A DNA stretch of 61,545 nucleotides, the filler included, from Sphacelaria rigidula (Eukaryota), in assembly GCA_964200075.2 (NCBI GenBank). It is 7 parts of 7 records of this genome, joined end to end, with 100 filler letters (N's around TTAATTAATTAA, not from the genome) between each part and the next. Parts side by side here need not be neighbours in the genome. Positions count along the whole stretch, not along the records: positions 35,229 to 43,934 come from CAXNAA020010319.1; positions 44,035 to 52,740 come from CAXNAA020010320.1; 5 more parts are not named here. One strand, written 5' to 3'. Shown piece after piece: positions 35,660 through 47,625 of the stretch. Each line of letters starts with the position of its first letter. Position 1 is the stretch's first letter. A program made the translations under genes and the position numbers. The notes under the pieces were generated by a model. That model was not told the origin of the DNA, ran no database searches, and saw only the letters and a list, made by a program, of their open reading frames with translations.

Positions 35660-36126
35660 AGTCCTACCGTCGACGCCAGTAAGGCTACTCCCCCTGGATG
35701 TGGGAGAAATGGTTTCGGGAGCCACGGACTTCGCCGTGGGACATGCCGAGACAGTTCTTTCTTGTGTGGAGAGACTCTGGGGTCGAGAAGAGAAGATGAT
35801 CCCGAGGGTGGGTGGGAAGAGACACCTCCTGGAGTTGAAGTGTGACTATTACTCCGGGGACCGGATAGACATTGACCCGAGAGGACAGACTAGTCCTACC
35901 GTCGACGCCAGTAAGGCTACTACCCCTGGATGTGGGAGAAATGGTTTCGGGAGCCACGGACTTCGCCGTGGGACATGCCGAGACAGTTCTTTTTTGTGTG
36001 GAGAGACTCTGTGGTCGAGAAGAGAAGATGATCCCGAGGGTGGGTGGGAAGAGACACCTCCTGGAGTTGGAAGTGTGACTATTACTCCGGGGACCAGATA
36101 GACATTGACCCGAGAGGACAGACTAG
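35660..36126. repeat. Near-perfect tandem duplication of a ~233-bp unit
   Basis: agtcctaccgtcgacgccagtaaggctact...gacattgacccgagaggacagact occurs twice head-to-tail. Confidence 0.9.
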
Positions 36127-36743
36127 TGTTCCCGGCGAGCATTCCCAGAACTAAGCCGGAGACATAAACATTCCTGGAACGGAGCGGACGGATCCATACA
36201 TATTCTCGGTAACTATGCAGAGGGAGGTTTGGTCCCGTCGCGGTTGTGGACACGTGTAGACTTGTCGACTACCCCGGTACTAATATTTTGATTAGCTATA
36301 CTTGAGGCGCATGTGTTGGGCCCATGAGAGCGGATAATACTATACACTGGGCGCATGGAAGGGCTACACTAACTATACACACGCCTAGAGGACGGGTGAT
36401 GTTCCTGTCCTCCGTAGCAGAAGCCAGACAATCGAAACAAAGCACATGTCTGATCTCAATGCCGGAGCAGCTCCGACCCTCACTGGGTCTGTTGCATTTC
36501 TCACGCAAAAAAGAGCCTCAACTTAGCGGGGGTAGTAGTGCACTAACTGTGCATGTGCTCCAAACCGTGTGAGCATTTCCACTCCAAAGAAATACCCACA
36601 CATGACCAACTCACGTGTGTGCTGTGTCGACTCAACACAATGAGGCACCCGCACCTGCGTCTTGCGGGGCTCAAACAAGCCTCATGACTCGAAAGAGGCA
36701 ATCGTGCTTGATGGCATGACGAAACAAGCAAGAGCGATAATCC

Positions 36744-36975
36744 CTAGGACCGAAGCTCACAAGAATAGGTCGGCGCGTGAACTGCGCCAAGTTGACGCGG
36801 GGTTCAAGTCGGTCGGATCCTCATACTGCCTTGAGCATAGTTTGCAAATGCTCGAGGCGCCGACCCGATACAAATGCCATGAGGAAGTCTAGCCGAGCCT
36901 CAGGGCTATCTGCACATAAACCCGCTTGCGGGTTAAGTGTTGGGTCGGGTCTCCATCTTCATGGAAAAGAAGAAG
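36744..36975 (+). repeat. Diverged ~230-bp direct repeat, second copy ~38700-38930
   Basis: ctagg.ccgaagctc...ggcgcgtg.actgcgccaagttga...gctcgaggcgcc...agtctagc...cgcttgcg is collinear in both copies. Confidence 0.75.
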
Positions 36976-39900
36976 ACGAGCGAAACCTCTAATAGGTTTA
37001 GTTGAACACACAATGAATAGCCTTCAGCAAAACAGAAACGAGTCGACACCGGAGTATACCTTGGACACAACAAATAACAGTGTTTCCGCGAGATTGAGAG
37101 TAGAGGATACGATTGAGAGTCAGAAGGGGTCAATCAATCGATTAAATGTTTCAGTTCCGAAATGCTCCTCCCACGACGCCCGATACGCTCTCTGTAGTAG
37201 CTTGCCACTGAAGCCCTCGACATCCCTGAGTAGGATATCGACGTAAAGCTGTAAGCACACGCAAGAGTTCAAGGCAACGAAAAGCACATGCATTATGAAA
37301 AAATGGGTCCACTTGTAGCGAATGATGGAACCCACTCTCAATCTCACGAAAACATTGTTAATTCTAGAGGTCAATGAGTGCACTGTAGGACTGGAGTGTC
37401 GAAGGTAGACTCGCCATCTTATGCAAACCCTTGAATCCCTACATAACGAGGGTAGGTCATCAGGGTCACGAATATTCGAAGTGAGAATTAATGTGATTTC
37501 AAAACACAAAAACATATGCTGGCGGTCCACGGGTATAATCGCCTACGGTTGTTTACGGGTATAGAAAGTGCCACGACACTTGCACCATCTTGCAGCTTTC
37601 ACCTTGCGGAAATTCGAGAAGCAGGTGCACGAATGGCGCACAAGCAGTTACGCACCGTGTACTTGACAATGGCACAACTCCCAAAAATCATCCGAAAGCT
37701 CCGGTCATTAACTCTCCACTCCATTTGACAACTGCAACCCAACTACTCTCCCCTGGTACCAGAGGACAACCGGCGGGATGATCGTAATTGATGGGCATCG
37801 ATGCCTTGTCCGGCGACTTGCGCGTGGCCACCAACCCCCAACGAAACTTTTGTCAATGAAAAGCTGTTGCGGAGATGTCAACAGCAAATGCCTTTTTTCC
37901 GACAGTGCAGAGTTTTTTTTATCTCGACAAACATGGTCGTAAACTCGTCAACTGGATGGAGGGATGACATCCTATGGTATATACGATTACTCATCTCATG
38001 TACTCTGCTCCATTAGTCATGATACAACTCACGGCTAGTGCAATGTCTTGTTCCGCGGGATGACTCATTCTTTTGGGGCATCTCCCTCGACGAAACGCGC
38101 AGAGAGCAGGCGTTGGTAATCGAGATCTTTGTCAGGCTCGCCAGGAAACAACTCCAAACAAAAAAATATTGCCACAAAGCCGATGCTCTTGAGTGGGCAA
38201 GACGAGGACGGCAAAACATTCAACGGATCCTCGTTGACGCGGGTCGTGAAAAACAAACGAGCAAATCTGGGTAGGGTGCGGGCAAATTCATGAGTAACAT
38301 TGGGAACATATCAGCACGAACTTCGTCATCGCCTCCTGACAGAGGGATCTTGAATATTCTTCCAAAGACCACGCCCTCCACCCCCCCTCTCCCAATTTTC
38401 CTCATCAGTTTCATCAAAGATGAGCGCACTTGACAGAGCACCGTGATGGAATAGGGGACGAGCAGTTGATTTCTCGATTAATCGTCTTTCTTACAGGCAA
38501 ATGAAGACATGTGTGTTGTACGTTGACTACAGACTTCGTACAAGAACAATATATCGTTGCGGGGTGGATAATCGACAGAAAATGCGTAGCATCGCTCCAT
38601 CGGTTCCCCGAACGTTTTTGGACCAAACGGTCAAATGCGACTCAAAACGACCACTTTACATTCGAAGGGTCAACCTCTTCCAAGAAATCATTTTTTTTCC
38701 TAGGGCCGAAGCTCTTGAGAGCATGGCGGCGCGTGCACTGCGCCAAGTTGATAAGGGGTTTCAGTGGGTGCATCCCCCACACTGCCTCGAGCACAGCTTG
38801 GGAACGCTCGAGGCGCCTTCCCAATATGATTGCCGCCAGGCAGTCTAGCTGTGCCTTGGGGTAATCGGCACACGAACTCGCTTGCGAGGTAAGGGTTAGG
38901 TTGGGTTTCCGCCTTCGGGCAAAGGAAGAAAAAAAACATCTTCTCTAATCCATGTGACTTTGAGTGCCAAACTTCAACGAGTTAACAGGGTGGCACCATT
39001 GCTTCAACAATCGTAGTGCGGTGCAGTGTTGCTGGGGGAGGCAACGTGAAGATGTGGGGCATCCGTATGCGATCTGTAGCATTCAGCAATGAGAAGAACG
39101 GTGCCCAGTACCGGTGGTCAGTTTTGAATGCTGCTATCACATCATCAAGGATAACGAACGTGGCCGACCTCATTTTTTTCATGTCTTCGCACGATCAGAT
39201 ACGTGATGATTACAGTAAAACGGACAAGTTCGGGGAGCCTCCTACTCACCACCGCATTGTGCTTTTGGAGCTTCTCGGAAAAGTTGACGTTAATGTACTG
39301 TACTGCCACGATCTGGTCGGATATCTTCTCGGGGGTACACCTTGCTTGCTTCAAGGGGAGATTTAGATACTCGGTATGGGTGAATGCTGACAGCACTGCG
39401 CAGTAGAGATGAATGGTCATTACATTAGTAACATTCCATCGTATTTCCGTAAGATCGTGCGTATCCCGCCTCGCATGAATGAAGCGAGTTGACCTCCTTG
39501 GAGAGACTTGACCCTGTCTCATCGTGTCATGTTACAACAACGACAAGTAGACTTTCACGTCGTTATGCAGGGGTCTGGTTGAGCTGCATCAGAAAGCACT
39601 CAAAGACAGATATCACAATCTCTACTCGTATAGTGGCACAAGTGTATACAACAGAGTAAGAAGGGACAATGGACACAGCAATACAACCGAATCCAGCATC
39701 AGCATACGCCGCGGCAAGTCAATAGTGAAACAGTCACCACGGAGATCAAAGACCCGCTATATTGTGCTGTGGTGAACGGCGAGTGACCGGTACCTTGGGC
39801 AGATGGATACACACCACTGCACTACCCACCTCACGGATAATCATCGTATCATACGATACAACTCCCCAAATGATGCTGACAAGCATGCACGTGTAAAACA

Positions 39901-40935
39901 GACACTGGGCGCCGAGGCGCAGTACAGTCGGTAATGAAAGGAGACCTGCTTGCCGCAGTGCTGAAAAGCCCATAGAGGTGCAGCGCACATCTCACATCTC
40001 ATATCACGTCGGTCGTTTAAACCGTATTGCAAACACGAAGTCAGTAAGCGGTAAGCAGTAAAATCTGATGTTGTGCTACTGACCTTCCGTCGCCGGAAAA
40101 ACTCACAATGAGGGAGCAGCATATTGGCCTTGGCCGCTGCCTAACAAGACGAAACGCTCACGCACACTACATCGTGTAGTAAAGGGACTCCAAGAAGGAG
40201 ACACCCCAGAAACAGGCAGAGGCACCCGAGATAGCCATGAACATGCAAAAAAAGGGAGCAGAGAAACTGTACCCTGATGGAGAAGCAGGTAGAAAGGTAG
40301 GTACTAACTGAGCTGTGGATGTAAGCCCCAAGTGTCCATGATTCAGATCACAACAGCATGCGTTTTTTGTGTCACTCATGAATCGCTTCATGTAGTACGA
40401 ACCTCCTCCAGAAAGAAAAAAAAACACGCGGCGAAAGGAGGATGTGCGTCAACTCACCGAGTTACAGATAGTACAATCTGTAGTATACTGTCTGAAGTCT
40501 TGACCAGACAGCAGTACAACGGTACAGTCAGCACGACGCATGATCTGCTTGTCATTACAGTATGCATTCGCGTCCATTCTTCTCAAACCGGGCATTTGTG
40601 TATACACATTGAGCATTGATGAACACATATGTTATAACCCGATTTGTACTTGTGAAAGCAACATTCCCACTTGTGTGTACAGCCCCTCAGCGAAGGACGC
40701 GAAACACGATACAGAACAGTACACTCTAGCCGACTCCAGCATGCACCATTAACCCCACACCGTTGTCACGCCCTATCCCACTATCGAAAAAGCATACCTA
40801 AAAAAGTAGGCAACCAACATGATGCTTTCACACACGAACGCGCACACAAAACACACTCGCAGACGGAGCGAGGATTTCATTGCACATTCGACACAAAAGC
40901 ACTCTGCACAAAAACGGCGCTTAACAGACACTCAC

Positions 40936-41199
40936 CTGCTTCTTGATAGCCTCAAGCAGCTCTTTGCCCTGCAAGGGCTCCTCCTGCGCAGGCGTTGTGC
41001 TCGCCCCCTCAGCTGTCGCCATGATATTTATCGAGGGTACAACAGTAACCGCACCACCCGACCCCTTCACGTCTACCCCTACCCCTGCCGTGTCTGCTGC
41101 TGCTACGACGCCCGTTTGTTGTTGCTCCTGCTGGCGGTGCTGCTCGCCACTAGAATCCGAAATAACCGCGGGGCTCGCGTCCTCCGCGCTCATTGTCAT
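40936..41199 (-). CDS. Probable first coding exon (88 codons) of a host gene; ends like the start of a La motif (LARP-like)
   Basis: ATG at 41199, low-complexity A/Q/G/V N-terminus, ends ...LQGKELLEAIKKQ at a consensus donor cag|gtgagt in phase 0. The expected next exon (VEYYFS) was not found in this contig, so the La assignment is tentative. Confidence 0.6.
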
Positions 41200-42651
41200 G
41201 CCGAGCTGCACTACAGGTGCTTTGCTTCCGCAGCGGCGGCGTCTTGGTTCGGCACTTCGATGGAATCGGAGTCAAGTGAAACTGTAGTATTTTAGTGTGT
41301 GGGGAGGTTGCACAAGGCAGGTCAAGAAGTGTTGCACAATATACACTGCATGTGCTCGGTGTGTGTGTGATGTTGACCTATACAAGATTATGGGTCTGTA
41401 CTTGCGATTGCTACTGATTTTTTTCGGAGGTGTTTCTCTCAGCACCACACACTCCACTAGCGGGAAATTTAAGGCAGTGTTTTGACGGAGATCAATGTCG
41501 TGTCTTGCCCATCTCCGTGTTTGAGGGGATGGACAGATAAAGTGGCCTACATGCTTCCAGCCAAAAGAGCCAGTGGCCAACCCTTTCGAACATGAAGGCT
41601 GCGGTTGGCTGTATTCCGAGCGTGGGCAGCGAGGGGGGTGTTGTGTGGGTGTCACAGCCAGTCGTGTTTTTCGAGGTGTCAACTGAAACTAAAACCCGTA
41701 GAGAGGGAACTCTAGTACTGTTGTACTTCTGTACTTCCATAGTATAGCACATATACACTACAGACAAACTCAGAAAAAAAATTCAAACAGGAGGTGCTGG
41801 TGGATACGTCCATCTGATTAGACCCCGCGTCGAAGCTGCACAGCGCGACTTGTGTGTATGTACTGTCAACGTGTGGGACAGGAAAACCAAGATCAAGTGT
41901 GTTTACATATCCCAGAAAATACAGTACAGTAGTTACGACGCAACAAATACAACCCTCAAGCCAGGCTGTTCTTCAAAATGAGGTCCGGTACCGTATTACC
42001 CATGACCTTCCTAGCAGGGAACAAGATGAGTAATCCACAGCCGGATGCGCGAACCACTGCGCCCCTCGCAGCACCCCCCACCCCATCCCCCGCCGGTCAC
42101 CGCGCCGCGCTAAAATTGTCATGGAGTGCAACTTGAGTTGCTGACTACCCTTGCTTCACGATCGCAACTGCGCCTCTGTGATGCATGATTTCCCTGTAGT
42201 CTCTGGTCTCCGCTCATAGCTGTACGTAAACTGCGGCTCACCCTACCCGCTCTCCGGAAAACAACTTGCAGTCGAAAGTTTGTGTTGACTATCACTCTGG
42301 GCTAGGGATGGAGAATTTTGAGTGGGCGTAAGAGTACACAGCCCGCTGTATTAGACGGGCGAACGGAGGATGCCTACCCAGTCCGCACGAATACCTGTTG
42401 CTCTCGCTGCTCCTGCTCAAAATCGAACTTTTTTGAAGCCCTATGTGCGTGTGTGTTTGCGCGCGTGCTTCCGCTGCTCTGGCTCGCCGCCCCTCCTCTG
42501 CTTCCCTGCTCGAGACTGTACTGACCTATATATTTGTACTATGTGTCTGCAATCTCGGGGAACTACATATGAGCATCCGGTTGCTTGGACCTGACAGTAG
42601 GCAAATTGTTTATATCCAATCGGTGAGATTGCCCGACACGTTTGTCCAATT

Positions 42652-42873
42652 TTATTGGTCCAAATTTTCCCGCCCACGGGTTCGCAGAAGATCGAGGAGC
42701 TTCGATGGATATTTATGAACGACATCGGAAATACTCTCTCGCGAATTCTGCTGAAATACCTCCAAGACAGCTCCTTGATAGGCACACTGAATCAAAAGCG
42801 CAATGATCATCACAAGTTCCTCGGACTCGAGGAGGATATCCATCGCGTTATCCACCATCACAACCAACGGGTC
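42652..42873 (-). CDS. Possible terminal exon, unknown product
   Basis: Acceptor cttttctactcttgcacag| followed by open frame PLVVMVDNAMDILLESEELVMIIALLIQCAYQGAVLEVFQQNSRESISDVVHKYPSKLLDLLRTRGRENLDQ*. Confidence 0.3.
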   Translation of the reverse strand, partial: DPLVVMVDNAMDILLESEELVMIIALLIQCAYQGAVLEVFQQNSRESISDVVHKYPSKLLDLLRTRGRENLDQ

Positions 42874-44056
42874 TGTGCAAGAGTAGAAAAGTCGTATGTG
42901 CACTTTTCATCCGTCCTCGTTAGCGTTAGCGTATGCTCTAATTTCGTCCTCGTTGTGGAGGTGTGGTGTGGCTTCCCCATGCACCATCGACTGACGTCTA
43001 TGTTAGCCTGTCTCACCGCTTTTCAGTGTCTCCTTGTGCACAGCTTCTACCAGCCTTCATTTCTTCCTGCGCGCCTTTTAGCACGATTCACGACGATAAA
43101 CGAGCCTGTCCACCAGGAGAACGTCAGACAAATGTGAGCATGAACGTCAACATGTTGGACTGATCTACAGACAGTAGTAGGGTGCATCACACCATCAGCA
43201 GTAAAAATTGGTACACACAGTGGTGTCTGACACCGCTCGCTCGTAAGCTGGGACGACCTTACGCAACGGGTTCGAGTGCTCTTCACATAATGGGCTAGGT
43301 ATTACGCGGTGAAGTAGGTGTAGGTGTGATGATGACAAATGACGCGGTTGATTATTACATGTCCGTGTCGATGTTGATTTCATGTTCTGGTTGGGTATTT
43401 CATCATTTGATCATTTTCCAGGTGGATCACGTATCTATGCCCGAGCTATGCCTCATACCGAAGATGATGGGACGTACGGCACGGCAGAATTTCGAAAATC
43501 TGTAGGTTCCCTCCATACCAGCGGGGACCCTTGCTGTTTGCTCAGCAGCGATTCATCGGTGATTGTGATCGTATAGCAAACGAAAAAAGACAAACCGCAC
43601 TCGTACCGCATTTATCTTGTACGGACGGTTCCATGATTTACTGTACGATATCCAACGAGCTGGGGCAGCCTAAAAACGGATGAACTGTTGTCGCAGCCAT
43701 AATTTATCGACGCGGACGATCTGGGTAGCACATGTTGTCAACTCTTTGACGGCGAGGATAGGCCATCTGTTGAATTGACATCACTTTCGCATGAAAAATA
43801 GTGCGTGACCCCAGGAGTGCCCAAAAGAAAAATGCGAGGCTCTATGCCGATTTTTTCAATCCTGGCTGTTTTCGGGGGGGGGGGGAGGGGCGTACTCATT
43901 TGTTGCTTGCCTTAGTCGTTCGAGCATTGACCACNNNNNNNNNNNNNNNNNNNNNNNNNNNNNNNNNNNNNNNNNNNNTTAATTAATTAANNNNNNNNNN
44001 NNNNNNNNNNNNNNNNNNNNNNNNNNNNNNNNNNAGAAATGACTAAAACATGAACA

Positions 44057-44682
44057 AGCTGTACACAACACCGCCGTATGTAGTAAGGAGGAGTGATGTC
44101 CACGGGGCATTTACGGTATAGCGTTGTGTGTCCTGCTGCGATTGTACTACTACTGCTGTATACGCTGCGATGTAGAGTATCATTAAGGAGTGATGTGAGT
44201 AAAACGCTTCATCATACGTAGCTGTTTTTCGTACTCGACAACAATGTCAGTCCCAGTCCTGCGTACCCAACATGCTTTATGGTTCTGTCCAGAACCTACC
44301 GTACTTCTTGATTCTGTCCATAGGAAATTTCTAGCCACGAGAAAGATTCCTCGGGTTGTCGGCGACGCCGATGTCTGCAAGGCTTTTTGGTGTTACGGTC
44401 CTATGTGTAGCTCCGAGGTCTCTTTTTACTACTACTGATTGCTTGAAAGAGAGAAAAAGAGACCTGCTGTTGTCACAGCAAGCACTACAGTCTATATACC
44501 TCTCTAAAAATATACAGCTACGTATGATGAAGCGTTTTACTCACATCACTCCTTAATGATACTCTACATCGCAGCGTATACAGCAGTAGTAGTACAATCG
44601 CAGCAGGACACACAACGCTATACCGTAAATGCCCCGTGGACATCACTCCTCCTTACTACATACGGCGGTGTTGTGTACAGCT
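44057..44682. repeat. Perfect 169-bp inverted repeat (44057-44225 / 44514-44682) with 288-bp spacer
   Basis: The arms read as exact reverse complements (agctgtacacaacaccgccg...catacgtagctgt / acagctacgtatg...cggcggtgttgtgtacagct). Confidence 0.92.
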
Positions 44683-45810
44683 AGCTGTGTACAGCAAGCA
44701 GCGGGTGCAGTATGTCATATGTGGTGTATTGAGAGGGGGGTGGAAGATCCGTGCCAACGGCATTGGGCGGGGTGCCGCGGTTGTTCGCAACGTTAAGATC
44801 CGTATCTTGGGGCCCTTTGCTGGGAGGGGGGAGTGATTCCTTCGGCCAAAGTGGTCGATAGAAGATCCGTGGTCACGATATTCTGCACGGGCTGCATGGT
44901 TGTTTGCAGCAGTAAGATCTATATTTTGAGGCCCTTTGCTGGGGGCGAGAAGCGATTGTTGCGTCGAAGATGGCCGATGGAAGAGACTGATTTCCCGTCA
45001 CATGTGGGTACAATTTCCAAAAAACAAGGGTACAATTGGGAGAAAAGTAGTCACAGCAGGGTATACCGTGGCCGTCTACGGCCGCCGCCGGGTGAAAATG
45101 GTCGTTGGCCAATCAGCTGTTCTCATTCCTCCTCCAAACAAAGAGGGTACCCAGGTTTGTCGCTAATGCACCATGGTATACCCTACTGTGACGTTTGCCC
45201 TATTATGATTATCATCATCATCATCATCATCATCATCATTATTATTTCCGCACATTAGTCCGATCTCGCGAACCCGTGGTCACAGACGAACAATACACGA
45301 GGGAATCGACCGTCATTATATGTGGTGGAGAAATATATATTTAGATATTCACCTTGTACATTGGAAAGTGTACAGGAACTAGTATGGTCGGCACTTTTTT
45401 GCTCGCGAACGCCATTGAAAGTTTAATCACCAGAAGCCGGAAAAGGCTCGATGTATTCCTTCGCGAGCATGTTCAAAATGAATATTGGTTGCAAAATAGC
45501 TACGCGATGAGCGTGCGCAATATATATACATATATATATATATATATTGGAAACGCGATGCCTTGGCATGATTTGGTTTCGATATATAATATCGCAACAA
45601 GATGTTATGCAACGCTTCGACTGCATTTATACTTATAGTTGGGTACATGTACGGCCGGCATGAAAAAAATATACTGAACGTTTCGTTCCAAGAGCAAGTG
45701 CATGTCCAATACATATTAGCATGCATCACCGTCACGATCATGGCACGAAAGATATAACCCATCACTTCAACATCTCCGAGGAGATCTCATTAATATATAT
45801 ATATATATTG

Positions 45811-47208
45811 CACACGTAAAACAGCTCACTAGCTAGCTCATCTGCGGGCGGTAGCTCACTTGTAGTCAAACATGTACGTGTGAGCTACGTCCGATAGCTC
45901 AACACAAGGCAAACGTGCGTTGGTGAGCTACGGGTTGGTAGCTCACCCAGGGTAAACACGCGTAGCTCATGCAGCTCTCATAGCTCACCCACGGTGAATA
46001 TGAGGTGATGAGTTACGGGTTGGTAGCTCACCCAAGGGAAACACACGTAGCTCATGCAGCTCTCATAGCTCACCCGGGGCGAATATGAGCTGATCAGCTA
46101 CGGGTTGATAGCTTACTCAGGGTGAACATGTGCAGCTCATGTGGCTCTCACAGCTCACCCGGGGAAAACATACGCGGATGAGCTACGCTCGATAGCTCAC
46201 CCAAGGCAAACATGTGTTGCTCACGCAGCTCTTGTAGCTCACCCAGGGAAAACATGAGCGGATGAGCTACGCCTGGTAGCTCACCCCAGGGACACAAGGT
46301 CGTGGATCACTCACGTCATATGCCTAGCTCGCCGCTGGCCAACCCCGTGTCGCTTATGAGTAACATTCGTCTTCTAACGGATGGCACCACATATCATTAG
46401 GTTGGGATGATTTGCCTCACTCTTCGCGATAGGAAGAAAAGAAGGCAACACATATCCTCGTTCGCTTGATGGGATGGTTAAAAAAAGTATTAATATTTAG
46501 AGTCTACAATAATCGACCGATTCATTTCTTTTGATCGGTTCGCCGCGAGGATACGAGTCCATCTGGTCATGAATACGTTTTTCATGCGAAATTGAAGCCG
46601 ATCCAACAGATGACTTATGCTCGCCGTCGAGGGATTAGCCCTTTGGCCGCGAGGGGTGGCGATCTGATAAATCAGCATAATTCACTTCATTTCTCGGATG
46701 TGAATGACGTCGATTCAGAGACCTCCTACCCTTGCGGTCAAAGGGATGAGCAATCGTAGCTCATCCAGGGCAAACATGTGTAGCTCATGCATCTCTCATA
46801 GCTCATCTGGGGCAAACATGTGTAGCTCACGCAGCTCTCATAGCTCACCCAGGGCGAATATGAGGCGATGAGCTACGGGTTGGTAGCTCATCCAGGGGAA
46901 ACATGCGTAGCTCACGCAGCTCTCATAGCTCACCCAGGACGAATCTGAGGTGATAGGCTAGGGGTTGGTAGATCAACTATCGCAAACGTGCGTAGCCCAT
47001 ACAGCTCCCATAGCTCACCCAGGACGAATATGAGCTGATGAGCTACGGGTTAGTAGCTCACGTACCTTAAACATGCGTACCTCATACAGCTCTCATAGCT
47101 CACCCCAGAAAAAACATACGTAGCTCATGTACCTCTCATAGCTCACTAGGGAGCTACGCACAAAAAGAGTTAGCTCGAGCTACAGGGAGCTGATCTGTCC
47201 GACGTGTG
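45811..47208. mobile_element. Non-autonomous CACAC-terminus element with dense tagctca/tgagcta subterminal repeats
   Basis: Ends cacacgt / acgtgtg. Two blocks (45820-46330, 46755-47190) of short tandem units tagctcaccc...aaacatg..tagctca..cagctctca. TSD not preserved. Confidence 0.65.
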
Positions 47209-47369
47209 ATATATTATGAGGACATGAACTTGCGCTGCTTCCTAAATAAAAATATGTGTATCGTATTGCAACGGATCATTTTGTCCAGGGTATAAGCAAC
47301 ATGGCACCGGTGGCCAGAGGGGTACCAAAAGGCACATATCAAGCCGTATTTTATGCCGTCGTACTGTCC

Positions 47370-47625
47370 GGCTATATACATGTACATGTATCATTTAACT
47401 TTTTTCACCACTTTTGCCGAGTTTTCTCTGACGGCAAGGCATCTTATTACGCGCTTTCTGTTGAGTGCACGAAGAAGGCGCAGCGGTACATTACATTTCA
47501 GGTTTGGGTGTCATCTGATACCTGTGGCGCGTGTTCTGGCCATCGAAAGTCACCTGCACTGGCTCTTTTTCGCGGGCTGTCGATCCCGAACCACAAAAGC
47601 CTTCCCAAGTTCATAAAAACCTTCA
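47370..47625 (+). repeat. Diverged direct repeat, second copy ~48450-48700
   Basis: catgtacat.tatcattt...ttttgccgagttttctctg...gcac.aagaaggc.cagcggtacattac.ttcaggtttggg...ttttcgcggg.tgtc.atcc.gaaccacaaaagc is present in both. Confidence 0.8.

Noticed and set aside
37120-37300. Second degenerate FNIP gene (…HFGTETFNRLID…)
   Set aside because: A single weak motif with no 66-bp periodicity.
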